NCBI GenBank assembly: GCA_049599475.1
Contig: JBMYOQ010000007.1
Location: forward strand, 49,800 to 113,799
Reading direction: 5' to 3'
DNA length: 64,000 nt
Origin: Opitutales bacterium
Lineage (GTDB): Bacteria > Verrucomicrobiota > Verrucomicrobiia > Opitutales > JABSRG01
Made by a program: the position numbers and the translations under genes. The notes beneath the pieces were generated by a model, which searched no databases, was not told the DNA's origin, and saw nothing but the letters and a program-made list of their open reading frames with translations. Shown piece after piece: positions 38,283 through 47,968 of this stretch (positions are counted from its first letter, which is position 1; the number at the start of each line of letters is the position of its first letter).

Positions 38283-39380
38283 ATGTCCCCAATCGAACTC
38301 TTCGATCAGATCCTTACCCTTGCAGTAGAAAACAAGGCGAGTGATATTCATATAAAGACGGGCAAGCCCGCTTTTTTTCGCCTACATGGCCGACTTGAAT
38401 CAGTGGAAATGGAGGAGCTGTCTGCCGATGCGATTCGCGAGTTCGTCGACAATACGGTCCCCAATCAATTTGCTGACGATTGGAAGTTGAACGCTCAAGT
38501 GGACTATTCTTACAAGGTGGAAGGGTGTGGTCGTTTCCGTGTAAACGCCTTTCACCAACGTTCTACGCCGAGTATCGTTTTTCGGCATGTGAATGATAAG
38601 CCGCCAACATTTGAGGACTTGAACCATAAGCCCGAGGTCTTCGAATCTCTGTGCAACGAGAAAAATGGGATTGTTCTGCTCTGCGGTGCGACGGGCTCTG
38701 GTAAAAGTTCCACGCTCGCCGCCATGTTGGACTATATCAACCATAAGTATGATAAGCACATAGTCACTTTGGAGGACCCTATCGAGTTTACCTACACGGA
38801 TGACCGGTCTGTATTCAACCAGCGTGAAATCGGGATTGATACGCCGAGCTTTGAAATGGGAATGAAGGCAGTCCTGCGCCAGGACCCAGATATTATTCTG
38901 GTAGGTGAGATGCGGGATAAAAGTACGTTTGAGACCGCGATTAAAGCTGCTGAAACGGGGCACTTGGTCCTGGGGACCCTGCACGCGTCTAATTCGCAAC
39001 AGGCCGTCCAGCGTCTCTTTGAATTTTTCACTCCTGAGCAAGTCTCAACAATGCGCCGCCAAATCGCGGGTGCGCTCCGGGCAACCATTTGTCAGCGGTT
39101 GGTGCCTGCTATTGAAGGAGGTCGAGTCCCCGCGACCGAATTCTTGGTGGTGGATTCCTTGGCGCGGCAAACCATCGAAGAAGGTGAGTTCCAGAAAATC
39201 GGAGCGGTCATTGATGCGGGGGAAGACAATGGATCAAAGACTTTTAATAAGGATCTGTATCGCCTGATAAAAGACGGGACGATCTCCAAGGCTGACGGGC
39301 TCAATTTCTCCGATAATCCTAAGCAGTTGGAGATGAACCTGAAGGGTATCTTCCTGAGCTCAGGCGGTATTGTCAGTTAG
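38283..39380 (+). CDS. pilT: PilT/PilU family type IV pilus retraction ATPase
   Basis: ASDIHI, GATGSGKSSTLA, TLEDPIE, LRQDPDIILVGEMRD, AETGHLVLGTLH. Confidence 0.88.
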   Translation: MSPIELFDQILTLAVENKASDIHIKTGKPAFFRLHGRLESVEMEELSADAIREFVDNTVPNQFADDWKLNAQVDYSYKVEGCGRFRVNAFHQRSTPSIVFRHVNDKPPTFEDLNHKPEVFESLCNEKNGIVLLCGATGSGKSSTLAAMLDYINHKYDKHIVTLEDPIEFTYTDDRSVFNQREIGIDTPSFEMGMKAVLRQDPDIILVGEMRDKSTFETAIKAAETGHLVLGTLHASNSQQAVQRLFEFFTPEQVSTMRRQIAGALRATICQRLVPAIEGGRVPATEFLVVDSLARQTIEEGEFQKIGAVIDAGEDNGSKTFNKDLYRLIKDGTISKADGLNFSDNPKQLEMNLKGIFLSSGGIVS

Positions 39381-39465
39381 TGATCCGATTTTTGAGTAAT
39401 TCTCGTAAGGTTCGGCGGACTTGCAAAAGAGGGCGTTCTGGAACGGCGCTGGCTGAAAGCATTTC

Positions 39466-40077
39466 GTGGAAGAGTTAAACGCCATTATTGTCGGAATTGG
39501 GCTTGCTGCCTCATGTGGCTTCCGAGTTTTCCTGCCCATGTTCGTAGCAAGTTTGGCTGCGAATACTGGAATCGACGCGTTTGGAGGTTTTAATTTCGAG
39601 GACCTACTCGGGGAAAGCTATCAGTGGTTGGCAAGTACTCCGGTGACTATAACCTTGGGCGTGGCTACTGTTGTTGAGATTGGTAGCTATTATGTCCCGT
39701 GGATAGACAATTTACTGGATACGGTAGCGAGTCCATCTGCGGTGATCGCGGGCACCTTTTTATCAGGTGCGATGATGCCTGAGTTCGTGGGGGATGGAAC
39801 ATTCAAATGGCTCGTGGCTCTGGTCTCTGGAGGAGGAACGGCTGGAATCGTGCAGAGCGCTACTGTCATAACGCGCGGAGCTTCCTCTGCGACCACGGGA
39901 GGAATCGGGAACCCGGTGGTGTCCACTGCGGAGCTAGGTGGTTCGATTGTTACGGCGGTTCTCGCTGTAGTGATACCTATCTTGTGCGCGATAGTTGTAT
40001 CGATCTTATTGTTCTTCGTGCTGAGAACAATCTTCCGCTTTTTCAAGAAACGGAAAACCCCGGATCCTGCGGTCTAG
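39466..40077 (+). CDS. DUF4126 family membrane protein
   Basis: GLAASCGFRVFLP, EIGSYYVPWIDNLLD, GGIGNPVVSTAE. Confidence 0.85.
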   Translation: MEELNAIIVGIGLAASCGFRVFLPMFVASLAANTGIDAFGGFNFEDLLGESYQWLASTPVTITLGVATVVEIGSYYVPWIDNLLDTVASPSAVIAGTFLSGAMMPEFVGDGTFKWLVALVSGGGTAGIVQSATVITRGASSATTGGIGNPVVSTAELGGSIVTAVLAVVIPILCAIVVSILLFFVLRTIFRFFKKRKTPDPAV

Positions 40078-40085
40078 GCATCAGA

Positions 40086-41126
40086 TTACGCAAAGCGTCC
40101 GCAAATTTGTTCCCATAGAACAGCCGCGCGTTCGGCGAAAGTCGTGCGCACGCGATCGACTTCGGCCATGCGCGATTGAAGGTTTTGGTTCGCTATTTCT
40201 GCGAGATCTTTGAGATCATAGAGGAATACGTTGTCCATATCCTGTACGCTAGGATCGATGTCGCGCGGCATCGCTAAATCTATCAGAAAGTGCGGAATGT
40301 AGGGACGCTCGTTCTGCGCTTTTTCGATATCCTCACGGTGAAGGACGAGGTCTGGAGCGGACGTCGATGCCACGATGATATCGAAATCTGCCAGATGTTT
40401 GCTGAAATGTTTGAAGTCTAGAGCGGCTCCCGCAAAACGATCAGCCAGGGCCCGGGCGTTCTCATAAGTCCTGCTGCTCACTGTTATATGTTTCACGCCA
40501 CGGCCATGAAGAGCTTCGATCGTTTTTTCGGCGACTTCGCCGCTGCCGAGGACTAAGACGCGGCTCTTGTTGAGCTTGCCGTAAATGCGAGATGCCAGTT
40601 CGACGGCGACCATACCAATGCTGGTCTGTCCCTTGGCGATTCCGGTGTGCGTGCGTGCCCATTTGGCATGTTGGAATGACTTTTGAACAATGCGATTGAG
40701 GACAGGGCCTACTGCAGATGTCTTCTGGGCCTGAGCGTATGAATCCTTTACCTGTCCCAGAATCTCGTTCTCCCCGACCATCATAGAATCCAGACCGGCC
40801 GAGACTTCGAAAATATGCTGGATTGCGGCATCGTTTTGTAGGGAAAAAGCCTTCTGCTCAAGAGCTCTCGGGTCCAGGCCTCGGAAGGAAGGTAGGTATG
40901 AGGCGAAATCGCGTGGCCCTTCGCTATCGCGACAGACCCCGTAGAGCTCGACGCGGTTGCATGTGTTTAGGAGCATACACTCTTCTACTCCGTTTAGTTC
41001 GCGGAAGTAGGCGTAGGCGTCCAGCATGCGGTCGGGCTCGATACTCAAGCTCGCTCTCAGGTCCTCGGGGGTGGTCTTATGGGTGGCTCCCCAGGCAAAA
41101 AGGTGAAGATTTGCGCTGCTAGCCAT
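40086..41126 (-). CDS. hemA: glutamyl-tRNA reductase (short form)
   Basis: TCNRVE, GLDSMMVGENEILGQVK, LGSGEVA, DLAMPRDID. Confidence 0.95.
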   Translation of the reverse strand: MASSANLHLFAWGATHKTTPEDLRASLSIEPDRMLDAYAYFRELNGVEECMLLNTCNRVELYGVCRDSEGPRDFASYLPSFRGLDPRALEQKAFSLQNDAAIQHIFEVSAGLDSMMVGENEILGQVKDSYAQAQKTSAVGPVLNRIVQKSFQHAKWARTHTGIAKGQTSIGMVAVELASRIYGKLNKSRVLVLGSGEVAEKTIEALHGRGVKHITVSSRTYENARALADRFAGAALDFKHFSKHLADFDIIVASTSAPDLVLHREDIEKAQNERPYIPHFLIDLAMPRDIDPSVQDMDNVFLYDLKDLAEIANQNLQSRMAEVDRVRTTFAERAAVLWEQICGRFA

Positions 41127-41973
41127 TGGTTTCCAAGAGAGGTTGTTCTCCCAGTTCGTCCTTCGGATCGCCGCTTACGGGGCCGAGTGAAATGAGGAGA
41201 CCCGCAAACAGTGTAATGCTTGCCATTGCGAAGCGTTGCGGGCGGAGAATATTTCTCCACTTCAGGATAAACACGACAATGTAGGCAATCCAGAGGGCAG
41301 TCGTTACGCCAAACTTGCTAATCGACACCGTATCAGGGTCCTTCAAAATGAAGTTGAAGCCGACGCCCAGGGCGAATGTCATCAATATAATTCCGGTGAT
41401 CAGAAGACGGCTGCCCACCATATCAAGCTCTTGGATTGATGGCAGAAAATTGAAAATGGGTTTGGAGCGTTTGGCTTTCAGGCCGCGTTGCTGGATCAAA
41501 AACATGATCGAAATGAGAGCGAGCACTCCCAGCATTCCGTAGCTAAACATGGCTAAGGCTGCGTGTAGCTCGATCCATGGATTTCCACCGAAAACACGTT
41601 CTTCGTAAGAATAGTCCCATCCAGGCACAGCCAAAGATAGAATGTTCAAGATTGAGGCAAACCCTGCTACAAAGATCCCGAGCAGGTTTAATCGATAGAA
41701 GGGAAAGGTGACTAGAAAGAGAAAAACTGCGGACCAGGTCAGGAACTGAATGATTTCCATGGGATTGCCCAGGGGGCAGCCTCCTATCTCCTTGCCACGT
41801 ACGCTGAGAGCCATGAATTGGACAATGAATGCGCCCCAAAGTGCGATGTATTTTAGGGGCCTACCATAGCGTTCATTGCGGAACAGTTGCCCAAGCGAAA
41901 GCAGAAATACCCCAGTGTAAATAGCTGTGGATAAAACCAGGAGCGCTCGGTCGTCTGTGAACCAGTCTAGCAT
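41119..41973 (-). CDS. cytochrome c biogenesis CcsA/HemX-like membrane protein
   Basis: Multi-TM, GCPLGN, WIELHAA, LPSIQELD, TTALW; overlaps hemA start; alternative start 42009. Confidence 0.8.
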   Translation of the reverse strand: MLDWFTDDRALLVLSTAIYTGVFLLSLGQLFRNERYGRPLKYIALWGAFIVQFMALSVRGKEIGGCPLGNPMEIIQFLTWSAVFLFLVTFPFYRLNLLGIFVAGFASILNILSLAVPGWDYSYEERVFGGNPWIELHAALAMFSYGMLGVLALISIMFLIQQRGLKAKRSKPIFNFLPSIQELDMVGSRLLITGIILMTFALGVGFNFILKDPDTVSISKFGVTTALWIAYIVVFILKWRNILRPQRFAMASITLFAGLLISLGPVSGDPKDELGEQPLLETNG

Positions 41974-42163
41974 ACTTGTAATCGAGAATATTAGCTCAGC
42001 GTGGGCCAAGCTTCAATATGAAATAAGTGAGCGTGGGGAAGAGGTGCAATCCCCATCGATGTCATCTGTAGAGGTTAGCTTATTCGAAGGAAGGAGTTCC
42101 GCTGAGTTGGAAGAGGTGCGTTTTCGAAACTGCCACCCCTTGTGGTCCTGATCAAAAATTTGT

Positions 42164-42847
42164 CTAGCTACAGAATGTATCCCATACGGAATCGGTATCC
42201 TCTAGGTTTTGAAATGTCACGCTGGGGGAGTGTTTTTCGAGCTCTACAAAAGTGGATTTACCCGTGGCGACGGCGAGGGTGCGGGCTTTGATGTGTTTTC
42301 CACAGGATATGTCGTGGGGGGTGTCGCCGATCACCCAGATATCTTTGTCTTCGTTGAAGGCATTGCGTTCGGCAGCGGAATTTTTGGCTGCTTGAGCTAT
42401 CTCATCGCGAATCGGAGAGACATTTGCGAAGCCACCAAAGGGGAAGAATTCCCAAAGACCGAAATGCTGCAGTTTTACTTGTGCTCCGGCGACCATATTG
42501 CCTGTAAGCAGACCTTGGGTGAATCGGGGGTCGGACGCCGCACGCTCAAGAAGCTTACGCACGCCGACGAGTTCGATCGCGGTTCCGGCTGCCATTTCCT
42601 CTACTAGATATTGGAGATATGCATCGACGACCTGAGCGATCGTTTCTGCGGATTTGGGAGCCCCGATGTGATCTATCAAGAGTTCGGAGATCATGCGGTC
42701 GGTTCTTCCTGAGTAGTCGATATCAGCCATACTCACAGTTTTTCCGAAGACCGTCTTGATTGCGCGTTCGAAGGAGCGCTCACCGGCTCCGCCGCTCCAA
42801 ATGAGTGTTCCATCGATATCCCATAAAAGGCAAATCTTGCGTTCCAT
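42164..42847 (-). CDS. HAD family hydrolase (phosphoglycolate phosphatase-like)
   Basis: WDIDGTL, LLTGN, VIGDTPHD. Confidence 0.9.
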   Translation of the reverse strand: MERKICLLWDIDGTLIWSGGAGERSFERAIKTVFGKTVSMADIDYSGRTDRMISELLIDHIGAPKSAETIAQVVDAYLQYLVEEMAAGTAIELVGVRKLLERAASDPRFTQGLLTGNMVAGAQVKLQHFGLWEFFPFGGFANVSPIRDEIAQAAKNSAAERNAFNEDKDIWVIGDTPHDISCGKHIKARTLAVATGKSTFVELEKHSPSVTFQNLEDTDSVWDTFCS

Positions 42848-42876
42848 AAGCACTCACTACAAAGCTGCATGTAAAG

Positions 42877-43338
42877 ATGGGGACAACTTCGAAATGCCTG
42901 AGCTTAGGTTGTGGATTGGCAATTGGGCTCTTTTTTACCGCGTGTGGGACCACTCAGGACCACCGTCGACGTCAGTATTCAGGAGCGTTTTCCGAGCAAG
43001 CGGTGTCCGTGCAAAATCTTATCGAGCAGGGTAAGATCTCCGTGGGTATGTCCCCGGAGGCTGTGTATGTTGCGCTCGGAGCCCCATTGAAAAACGGCAT
43101 AGAGATGTTTATGCCCAATGTCCCGGAAAACGGATTTGATCGGTGGTATTACCGAGGCGTATTTGAACAGAGCGGGGAAACAGCAGGGGATGAGTGGATT
43201 CGTTTTCTGTCTCAATTCGAATCTGTTCTACCGCGTGCAGACGAATTACAATATCTCGTCGTCGACTTTTTGGACGCCGAAGTCGTGAAAGTTTGGTTGT
43301 TGGGGCAGGGAAGTGAGGTGATACGCGTTTGGGAGTGA
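42877..43338 (+). CDS. lipoprotein, SmpA/OmlA-like
   Basis: Lipobox FTAC; GKISVGMSPEAVYVALGAP, W.Y. Confidence 0.65.
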   Translation: MGTTSKCLSLGCGLAIGLFFTACGTTQDHRRRQYSGAFSEQAVSVQNLIEQGKISVGMSPEAVYVALGAPLKNGIEMFMPNVPENGFDRWYYRGVFEQSGETAGDEWIRFLSQFESVLPRADELQYLVVDFLDAEVVKVWLLGQGSEVIRVWE

Positions 43339-43344
43339 CTCCGC

Positions 43345-43836
43345 TTAGGACAGTTCCTCGATGGTATAGTGTCCCGGGCGCAATTCTCCGTCGCTTAAAA
43401 TGCGTGCGCGTAAGCCTCCTTTACCTCTAAGGAATTTTTCTGCTCCTTCGGCGACGGCGTAATCCATCCAATAGCAGGGACGGCATTCCTCGACTCCGAT
43501 AAACTGGATGCCTCCTAGCGAGAAAGTTTTACCGATTAGGGTATTTAGATCGATTCCGCGTGTTATGAGATTTCTGCGGAATTTGGCCGGGTCGATTTCT
43601 GGGATTTGTAATTCTTTCTCTAACACAGAAATTTGCTCGCGCTCAAGAAACGAGATTTGGCCTTTGTAGTTCTCCTTGTATCCAAAAAAACGATCACCTT
43701 CGATGCCCTGGCCTGTGCGGCATTGGACGGTTTTGGAGAGAACAGCAAGGTGTTGGCTGGGCTCCTTTCCGTGATGTCCAAAGAAATTATGACCGGGGGA
43801 GATGTAGCAGGCTTCTATCTCTATTTGATGGTTCAT
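43345..43836 (-). CDS. MOSC domain protein
   Basis: GIEGDRF, FRRNLITRG, EECRPCYWMD, GGLRARILSDG. Confidence 0.9.
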   Translation of the reverse strand: MNHQIEIEACYISPGHNFFGHHGKEPSQHLAVLSKTVQCRTGQGIEGDRFFGYKENYKGQISFLEREQISVLEKELQIPEIDPAKFRRNLITRGIDLNTLIGKTFSLGGIQFIGVEECRPCYWMDYAVAEGAEKFLRGKGGLRARILSDGELRPGHYTIEELS

Positions 43837-43848
43837 CTGAGAAATATA

Positions 43849-44463
43849 TTATGGGTTGGCTGGGTGCACCTGTTCCTTGATTTTTAGATACTCCTGGTGA
43901 GTATTGCATGAATGCAGCCACCTGGGATCCTCTGTATCAAGCATTAGAGTGTTCACTGATTGCAAGAACTTCCGTGGGCTGCGGAGGCCTTCTTGATAGG
44001 CTTGTTCTGCCGATTGGGTCGCTGAAGGTGTAAGGAGCGCTATTTGCGGGTCGGGAAACGAGGAATCGGTCGCTCGAAAGCACATTGCCTCCGCTGGTGA
44101 GGAATTGTTTTTTGGGGATTCGAGTAATTTAGATAGGGCTCTCGGGCTGACTAATGGGAGATCGCAAGTAAGCAAAAGCCAGTGTGCTGATGGAGCGATC
44201 TTATAAAGCTTGGACCAGGGATGAAACGGGCCAGCAGCTTCCTCAGTATCTATAATTGCCTTAGCGGTGGGTGCTGTGTCCCAACTCTGGCTGGTGTTTT
44301 TGGATATGAAAATATCACTACAGAATTTTTGAAGAATCTGTGCAGTCCATAGCCACTGTGCGGTCCCGTGGTAATTGAGTAATGCTTTGTCGTGGCCCAT
44401 TCTCAGCGATTGGCCACCGGCTAGCACGATGCCATTGAGAAGATAGCCCCGAGGTGTATTCAT
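43849..44463 (-). CDS. mobA: molybdenum cofactor guanylyltransferase
   Basis: VLAGGQSLRMGHDKA, GP, LTCDLP, CNT..EY; ATGA overlap with LysR gene. Confidence 0.85.
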   Translation of the reverse strand: MNTPRGYLLNGIVLAGGQSLRMGHDKALLNYHGTAQWLWTAQILQKFCSDIFISKNTSQSWDTAPTAKAIIDTEEAAGPFHPWSKLYKIAPSAHWLLLTCDLPLVSPRALSKLLESPKNNSSPAEAMCFRATDSSFPDPQIALLTPSATQSAEQAYQEGLRSPRKFLQSVNTLMLDTEDPRWLHSCNTHQEYLKIKEQVHPANP

Positions 44464-45398
44464 TGAAATACGACAATCTCTGGGGTGATGCGTTGTCTGC
44501 AGCAGTCGTGGGCTAGGCCGATGAATGTTTCCTCTAGGAGATTGAGCTGACGTCCCTGAAGGGAAAGAATACCCCAGGTGCGGCTAATATTACCGTATGG
44601 TGTGGGGATGGTGTCGATCGTGCCATCAAACATCTCTTGGCTCAAAACCCATTCGGGGAGCAGGGCCACGCCTTGACCGATTTTTACGAGTTCTTTGATG
44701 GTTGATACGTTTCCAATTTCGGTAAAATTACGGATGTTGACTCCGTTTTCTCGGAAGAAATTCAGCATTTTCCGGTGCGTAAAGCTGGATTGAGCGTAGC
44801 AGAGGAAAGGGCTGTTTTCGATGTCGCGTCGGTTCAGGCGTTTGCGTTCTAGCCATGGATGGTTGGGCATGACGGCAAACACTAGATTGTCCGTGAAAAT
44901 TTTCTGGAAGAAAAAGTCTTTATCTGCAGGGCCGCTCTCGAGCGATATGGCCAGATCCACTTCATTTCTCAGCAGGAGAGAAGGGATCATGGGAGAGTCC
45001 GCCGCGGTTAGCCGAATCTCGCATTGAGGAAAGCTCTCCTTGAATTCTCTCAAGATTTCAGGGACGAGATATTCGCAAATGGAGGCAGGTGCAGCAATGC
45101 GTAAGCGCCCAACTCCCCAGCTGTTGCGATTGCGTAAACGCTCTCGCGAGGAGTTCATCAGGTTCAAGATTTGCGTGGCGGAGCCGAGTAATGATTCACC
45201 CTGGACCGACAAAAACACCTTTTTTCCGATGCGTTCGAACAGTTTGCACCCTAGATCTTCCTCCAGTGATTTGATTGAGTGGCTGATCGCGGATTGGGTC
45301 AGATTGAGCAACTTAGCAGCTTGCGTGAAGTTCCGTGTTTCGGCGAGAGTGACGAAATTCACCAGCTGGCGACTATCTATGGGATGAAAGTTCTGCAT
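44460..45398 (-). CDS. LysR family transcriptional regulator
   Basis: NFTQAAKLLNLTQSAISHSIKSLEEDLGCKLFER; substrate domain ..IKELVKIGQGVALLP. Confidence 0.95.
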   Translation of the reverse strand: MQNFHPIDSRQLVNFVTLAETRNFTQAAKLLNLTQSAISHSIKSLEEDLGCKLFERIGKKVFLSVQGESLLGSATQILNLMNSSRERLRNRNSWGVGRLRIAAPASICEYLVPEILREFKESFPQCEIRLTAADSPMIPSLLLRNEVDLAISLESGPADKDFFFQKIFTDNLVFAVMPNHPWLERKRLNRRDIENSPFLCYAQSSFTHRKMLNFFRENGVNIRNFTEIGNVSTIKELVKIGQGVALLPEWVLSQEMFDGTIDTIPTPYGNISRTWGILSLQGRQLNLLEETFIGLAHDCCRQRITPEIVVFQ

Positions 45399-45443
45399 GG
45401 TAGGCTCGCTTAATTGGTTCGTTGCTTGCTAAGTGGGTGATCA

Positions 45444-45462
45444 ATCGATTCCACTCATGGAT
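45444..45462. promoter_or_regulatory. putative LysR box (T-N11-A) in the LysR/nasS divergent promoter
   Basis: ATCGATTCCACTCATGGAT, 16/19 identical to the reverse complement of 46580-46598. Confidence 0.6.
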
Positions 45463-45481
45463 TAGATTAATTACGACAAAT

Positions 45482-46492
45482 TTGAAGACTTTTCTCAATA
45501 TAGGATACATTCAGTTGTGCGATGCCGCGCCAATCATTATGGCGGGCGAGCTCGGATATTTCAAAGATGAAGGCGTCGCCGTGAAATTGACGCGGGAAGT
45601 GGGCTGGGCCTCCATCATCAATAAGCTGATCATGGGCCAGCTTGATTTCGCACACGCACTTGGTACCGCACCGCTTGCGGCGACGGTGGGGATGAACAAC
45701 CGTCCAGTGCCCTGTGGTACCGCTTTGGTGCTGAATGCTGGGGGAAATGGCATCACTCTGTCCAAGGCTGTTTGGGAGCGTGGGGTGAACAATGCGGAGG
45801 ATTTTCGGGCAGAAGTGCGCTCTTCGCGATGGTCTCGGACATATACTCTCGGGGTTGTGAGTCCGATTTCTACACACCGCTACATACTTTCCAAATGGTT
45901 GGAGTCCTGTAACCTGAAGGAAGGGGAGGATGTTCAGATTGTGACGATCCCCCCAGGGCAGGCTATGCGGAATCTGGCTGCTGGCACTCTGGATGGCTTT
46001 TGTGTGGGAGATCCTTGGCACTCTCTTGCTGTAAAGCAGGGAATCGGTTGGACGGTAGCGCTCGGCGAAGAGTTGGTGCCGGGGGCAGCGGAAAAAGTCC
46101 TGATGGTACGTAAAGAATTTGCCGAAAATAGAGCAGAGGAGCATGCCGCCGTCATCCGGGCTGTGCTCAGAGCCTGCGAGTATTGTCAGAATCCGGAAAA
46201 CGCTAAACACGTCGGGAGTACTCTTTCAAAGCGCACATACGTCCATGTAGATGCCTCGGTATTGTCTAATATTTTCCAGGGAAAATACAATTTTGGGAGC
46301 AAGCGAGAGCGAGAAATAGCTCCGCTGATCAAATTCCACCACCCGGATGTAAACCGGCCTACACTGCAGCAAGGCGAGTGGTTCCGCGATGTGTTACTTG
46401 CTTCTCCTCAGCAACAGTTTGAGGAAGCCCTGAAAAACATCTCCCTTAAAGAAGTATTTTGGGAGTCTGTTTACGATTCTGTGTCAGCCTAA
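45482..46492 (+). CDS. NasS-like cytoplasmic nitrate-binding protein (CmpA/NrtA family, no signal peptide)
   Basis: GYIQLCDAAPII, L.REVGWASI, GQLDFAH, GNGITLS, IPPGQ, GFCVGDPW, EKVL; start uncertain (TTG 45482 vs 45422). Confidence 0.82.
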   Translation: MKTFLNIGYIQLCDAAPIIMAGELGYFKDEGVAVKLTREVGWASIINKLIMGQLDFAHALGTAPLAATVGMNNRPVPCGTALVLNAGGNGITLSKAVWERGVNNAEDFRAEVRSSRWSRTYTLGVVSPISTHRYILSKWLESCNLKEGEDVQIVTIPPGQAMRNLAAGTLDGFCVGDPWHSLAVKQGIGWTVALGEELVPGAAEKVLMVRKEFAENRAEEHAAVIRAVLRACEYCQNPENAKHVGSTLSKRTYVHVDASVLSNIFQGKYNFGSKREREIAPLIKFHHPDVNRPTLQQGEWFRDVLLASPQQQFEEALKNISLKEVFWESVYDSVSA

Positions 46493-46552
46493 ACCCCTGA
46501 TAAATAAAGGGATTAACAAAAGTTTATCAAAAATTAGGGCGAGGAATTTTAG

Positions 46553-46604
46553 TTTTACATGAATTTCACTCATAATAGTATCCATGAGTGAAATTCATGT
46601 AAAA
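46553..46604. promoter_or_regulatory. perfect 21-bp inverted repeat; each arm holds ATGA-N7-TCAT (LysR-type box)
   Basis: TTTTACATGAATTTCACTCAT-aatagtatcc-ATGAGTGAAATTCATGTAAAA upstream of the nitrate operon. Confidence 0.72.
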
Positions 46605-46647
46605 GATGAAATAGATCGAATGTGTTTATTTGCGCAATTGGCATAAA

Positions 46648-46663
46648 TGGCACTTCTAGAGCT
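46648..46663 (+). promoter_or_regulatory. possible sigma-54 (-24/-12) promoter
   Basis: TGGCAC-TTCTA-GAGCT (GG-N10-GC); -12 element imperfect. Confidence 0.4.
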
Positions 46664-46730
46664 AAAGTTGGCATTATCGCGGTCGACAATTCGCGCGAAC
46701 TACAACTGCAACCAAGCACTAGACAAATAT

Positions 46731-47891
46731 ATGAACACATCAAAATTCTGTGTATTCGGAATGGCCCTCGCGTCTGCGGCGTCTGTTCCTGCTCAGTCCG
46801 TTACTGAGTTCTTTACCGAGGGAGAATTCGGTTTTGGCATGCGCGCTCGTTATGAGTTCGCGGATATCGACGGAGCGAGCGATTCAAACGCATTCACGCT
46901 GAAGACTAACCTAAGCTACAAGTTCGCTGAGCAAAACGGTGTTGGCGGTTTCGTAGATGTTGCTGACGTTTCAGCTCTCGACTACGGTGACTATAATGCT
47001 GCTGGCTTGAACGGTGTTCCTGGCTCAGTAATCGCTGATCCAGAAACTACCGAAGTAAAGCAAGCTTACCTGTCTTACTCTGCTTCAGGAGCGACTGCGA
47101 AGCTCGGACGTCAACGCATCATCTATGACGGCGCACGTCACGTAGGTAATGTTGGATGGCGCCAGGATGAGCAGACTTACGATGCGCTCAGCGTAAGCTA
47201 CAAGCAGGACGCGATCACTGCAGACTATGCATATATCTGGGAAGTGAATCGTATCTTCGCAGAAGCGCGCGATGCAGACTCTGAGACACACCTTTTCAAT
47301 GGTAGCTACACTGTTGAAGGTCACAAGCTCAGCGCTTTCGCATACCTCTACGAGTTCGAAGAAGGTCTAAACCTCGACGCTGAAACATACGGTGTATCTG
47401 CTAAGGGTAAAATCCCAGTAGGCGACACTTCAGTGGGATACTACGCTGAGTATGCGATCCAGGACAACGACGCTGGCGAAGACACAGACTACTTGCACCT
47501 CACAGCAGACGTAGCGGTATCTGGTTTCACATTCGGTGCTGGTTACGAGCTGATCGGTGCTGACAGCGGAACTCGTTTCCTCACACCTCTTGCAACTGCT
47601 CACAAGTTCAACGGTTGGGCGGACACATACCTCAACAACGGTGGAGGTGAAGGTCTCGAAGACATCTACTTCTTCGTTAAGGGTAAGATCGCTGGCAAGG
47701 CTCCTTTCATGGTTGCTTACCACATCTTTGACTCCGACGACGGAAGCGCAAACGAAGGCGACGAAATCGACGCTAACGTTGCTTACAAGTTCAACGAACA
47801 CTTCACGGGTCTTCTCAAGGGTGCTTACTACAAGGGTGACACCATCGCTGACCGCACTCGTTTCTGGGCTCAAATCCAGTTCACTTACTAA
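46731..47891 (+). CDS. alginate-export-family outer-membrane beta-barrel (probable nitrate porin)
   Basis: Signal peptide, RARYE, ADPETTEVKQAYL, GRQRI.YD..RHVGNVGWRQDEQTYDA, TPLATAHKFNGWAD, C-terminal aromatic residue. Confidence 0.85.
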   Translation: MNTSKFCVFGMALASAASVPAQSVTEFFTEGEFGFGMRARYEFADIDGASDSNAFTLKTNLSYKFAEQNGVGGFVDVADVSALDYGDYNAAGLNGVPGSVIADPETTEVKQAYLSYSASGATAKLGRQRIIYDGARHVGNVGWRQDEQTYDALSVSYKQDAITADYAYIWEVNRIFAEARDADSETHLFNGSYTVEGHKLSAFAYLYEFEEGLNLDAETYGVSAKGKIPVGDTSVGYYAEYAIQDNDAGEDTDYLHLTADVAVSGFTFGAGYELIGADSGTRFLTPLATAHKFNGWADTYLNNGGGEGLEDIYFFVKGKIAGKAPFMVAYHIFDSDDGSANEGDEIDANVAYKFNEHFTGLLKGAYYKGDTIADRTRFWAQIQFTY

Positions 47892-47908
47892 GCTTTTAGT
47901 TTAACCAC

Positions 47909-47945
47909 GAGGAGCCTCACCTCTCTCGCGAGGCTCCTCTTTTTT
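47909..47945 (+). terminator. intra-operon terminator-like hairpin
   Basis: GAGGAGCCTC-11nt-GAGGCTCCTC followed by TTTTTT. Confidence 0.7.
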
Positions 47946-47968
47946 CTCCTCTCCTAATCTCTCCTTCT

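Noticed and set aside
39439..39454. Sigma-54-like TGGAAC-N5-TGGC before the DUF4126 gene
   Set aside because: Both elements deviate from consensus, there would be essentially no leader, and there is no supporting context.
40086..41126. hemA as a truncated pseudogene (no C-terminal dimerisation domain)
   Set aside because: Catalytic and NADPH motifs are intact, no remnant follows the stop, and short HemA forms are known to me from PVC bacteria.
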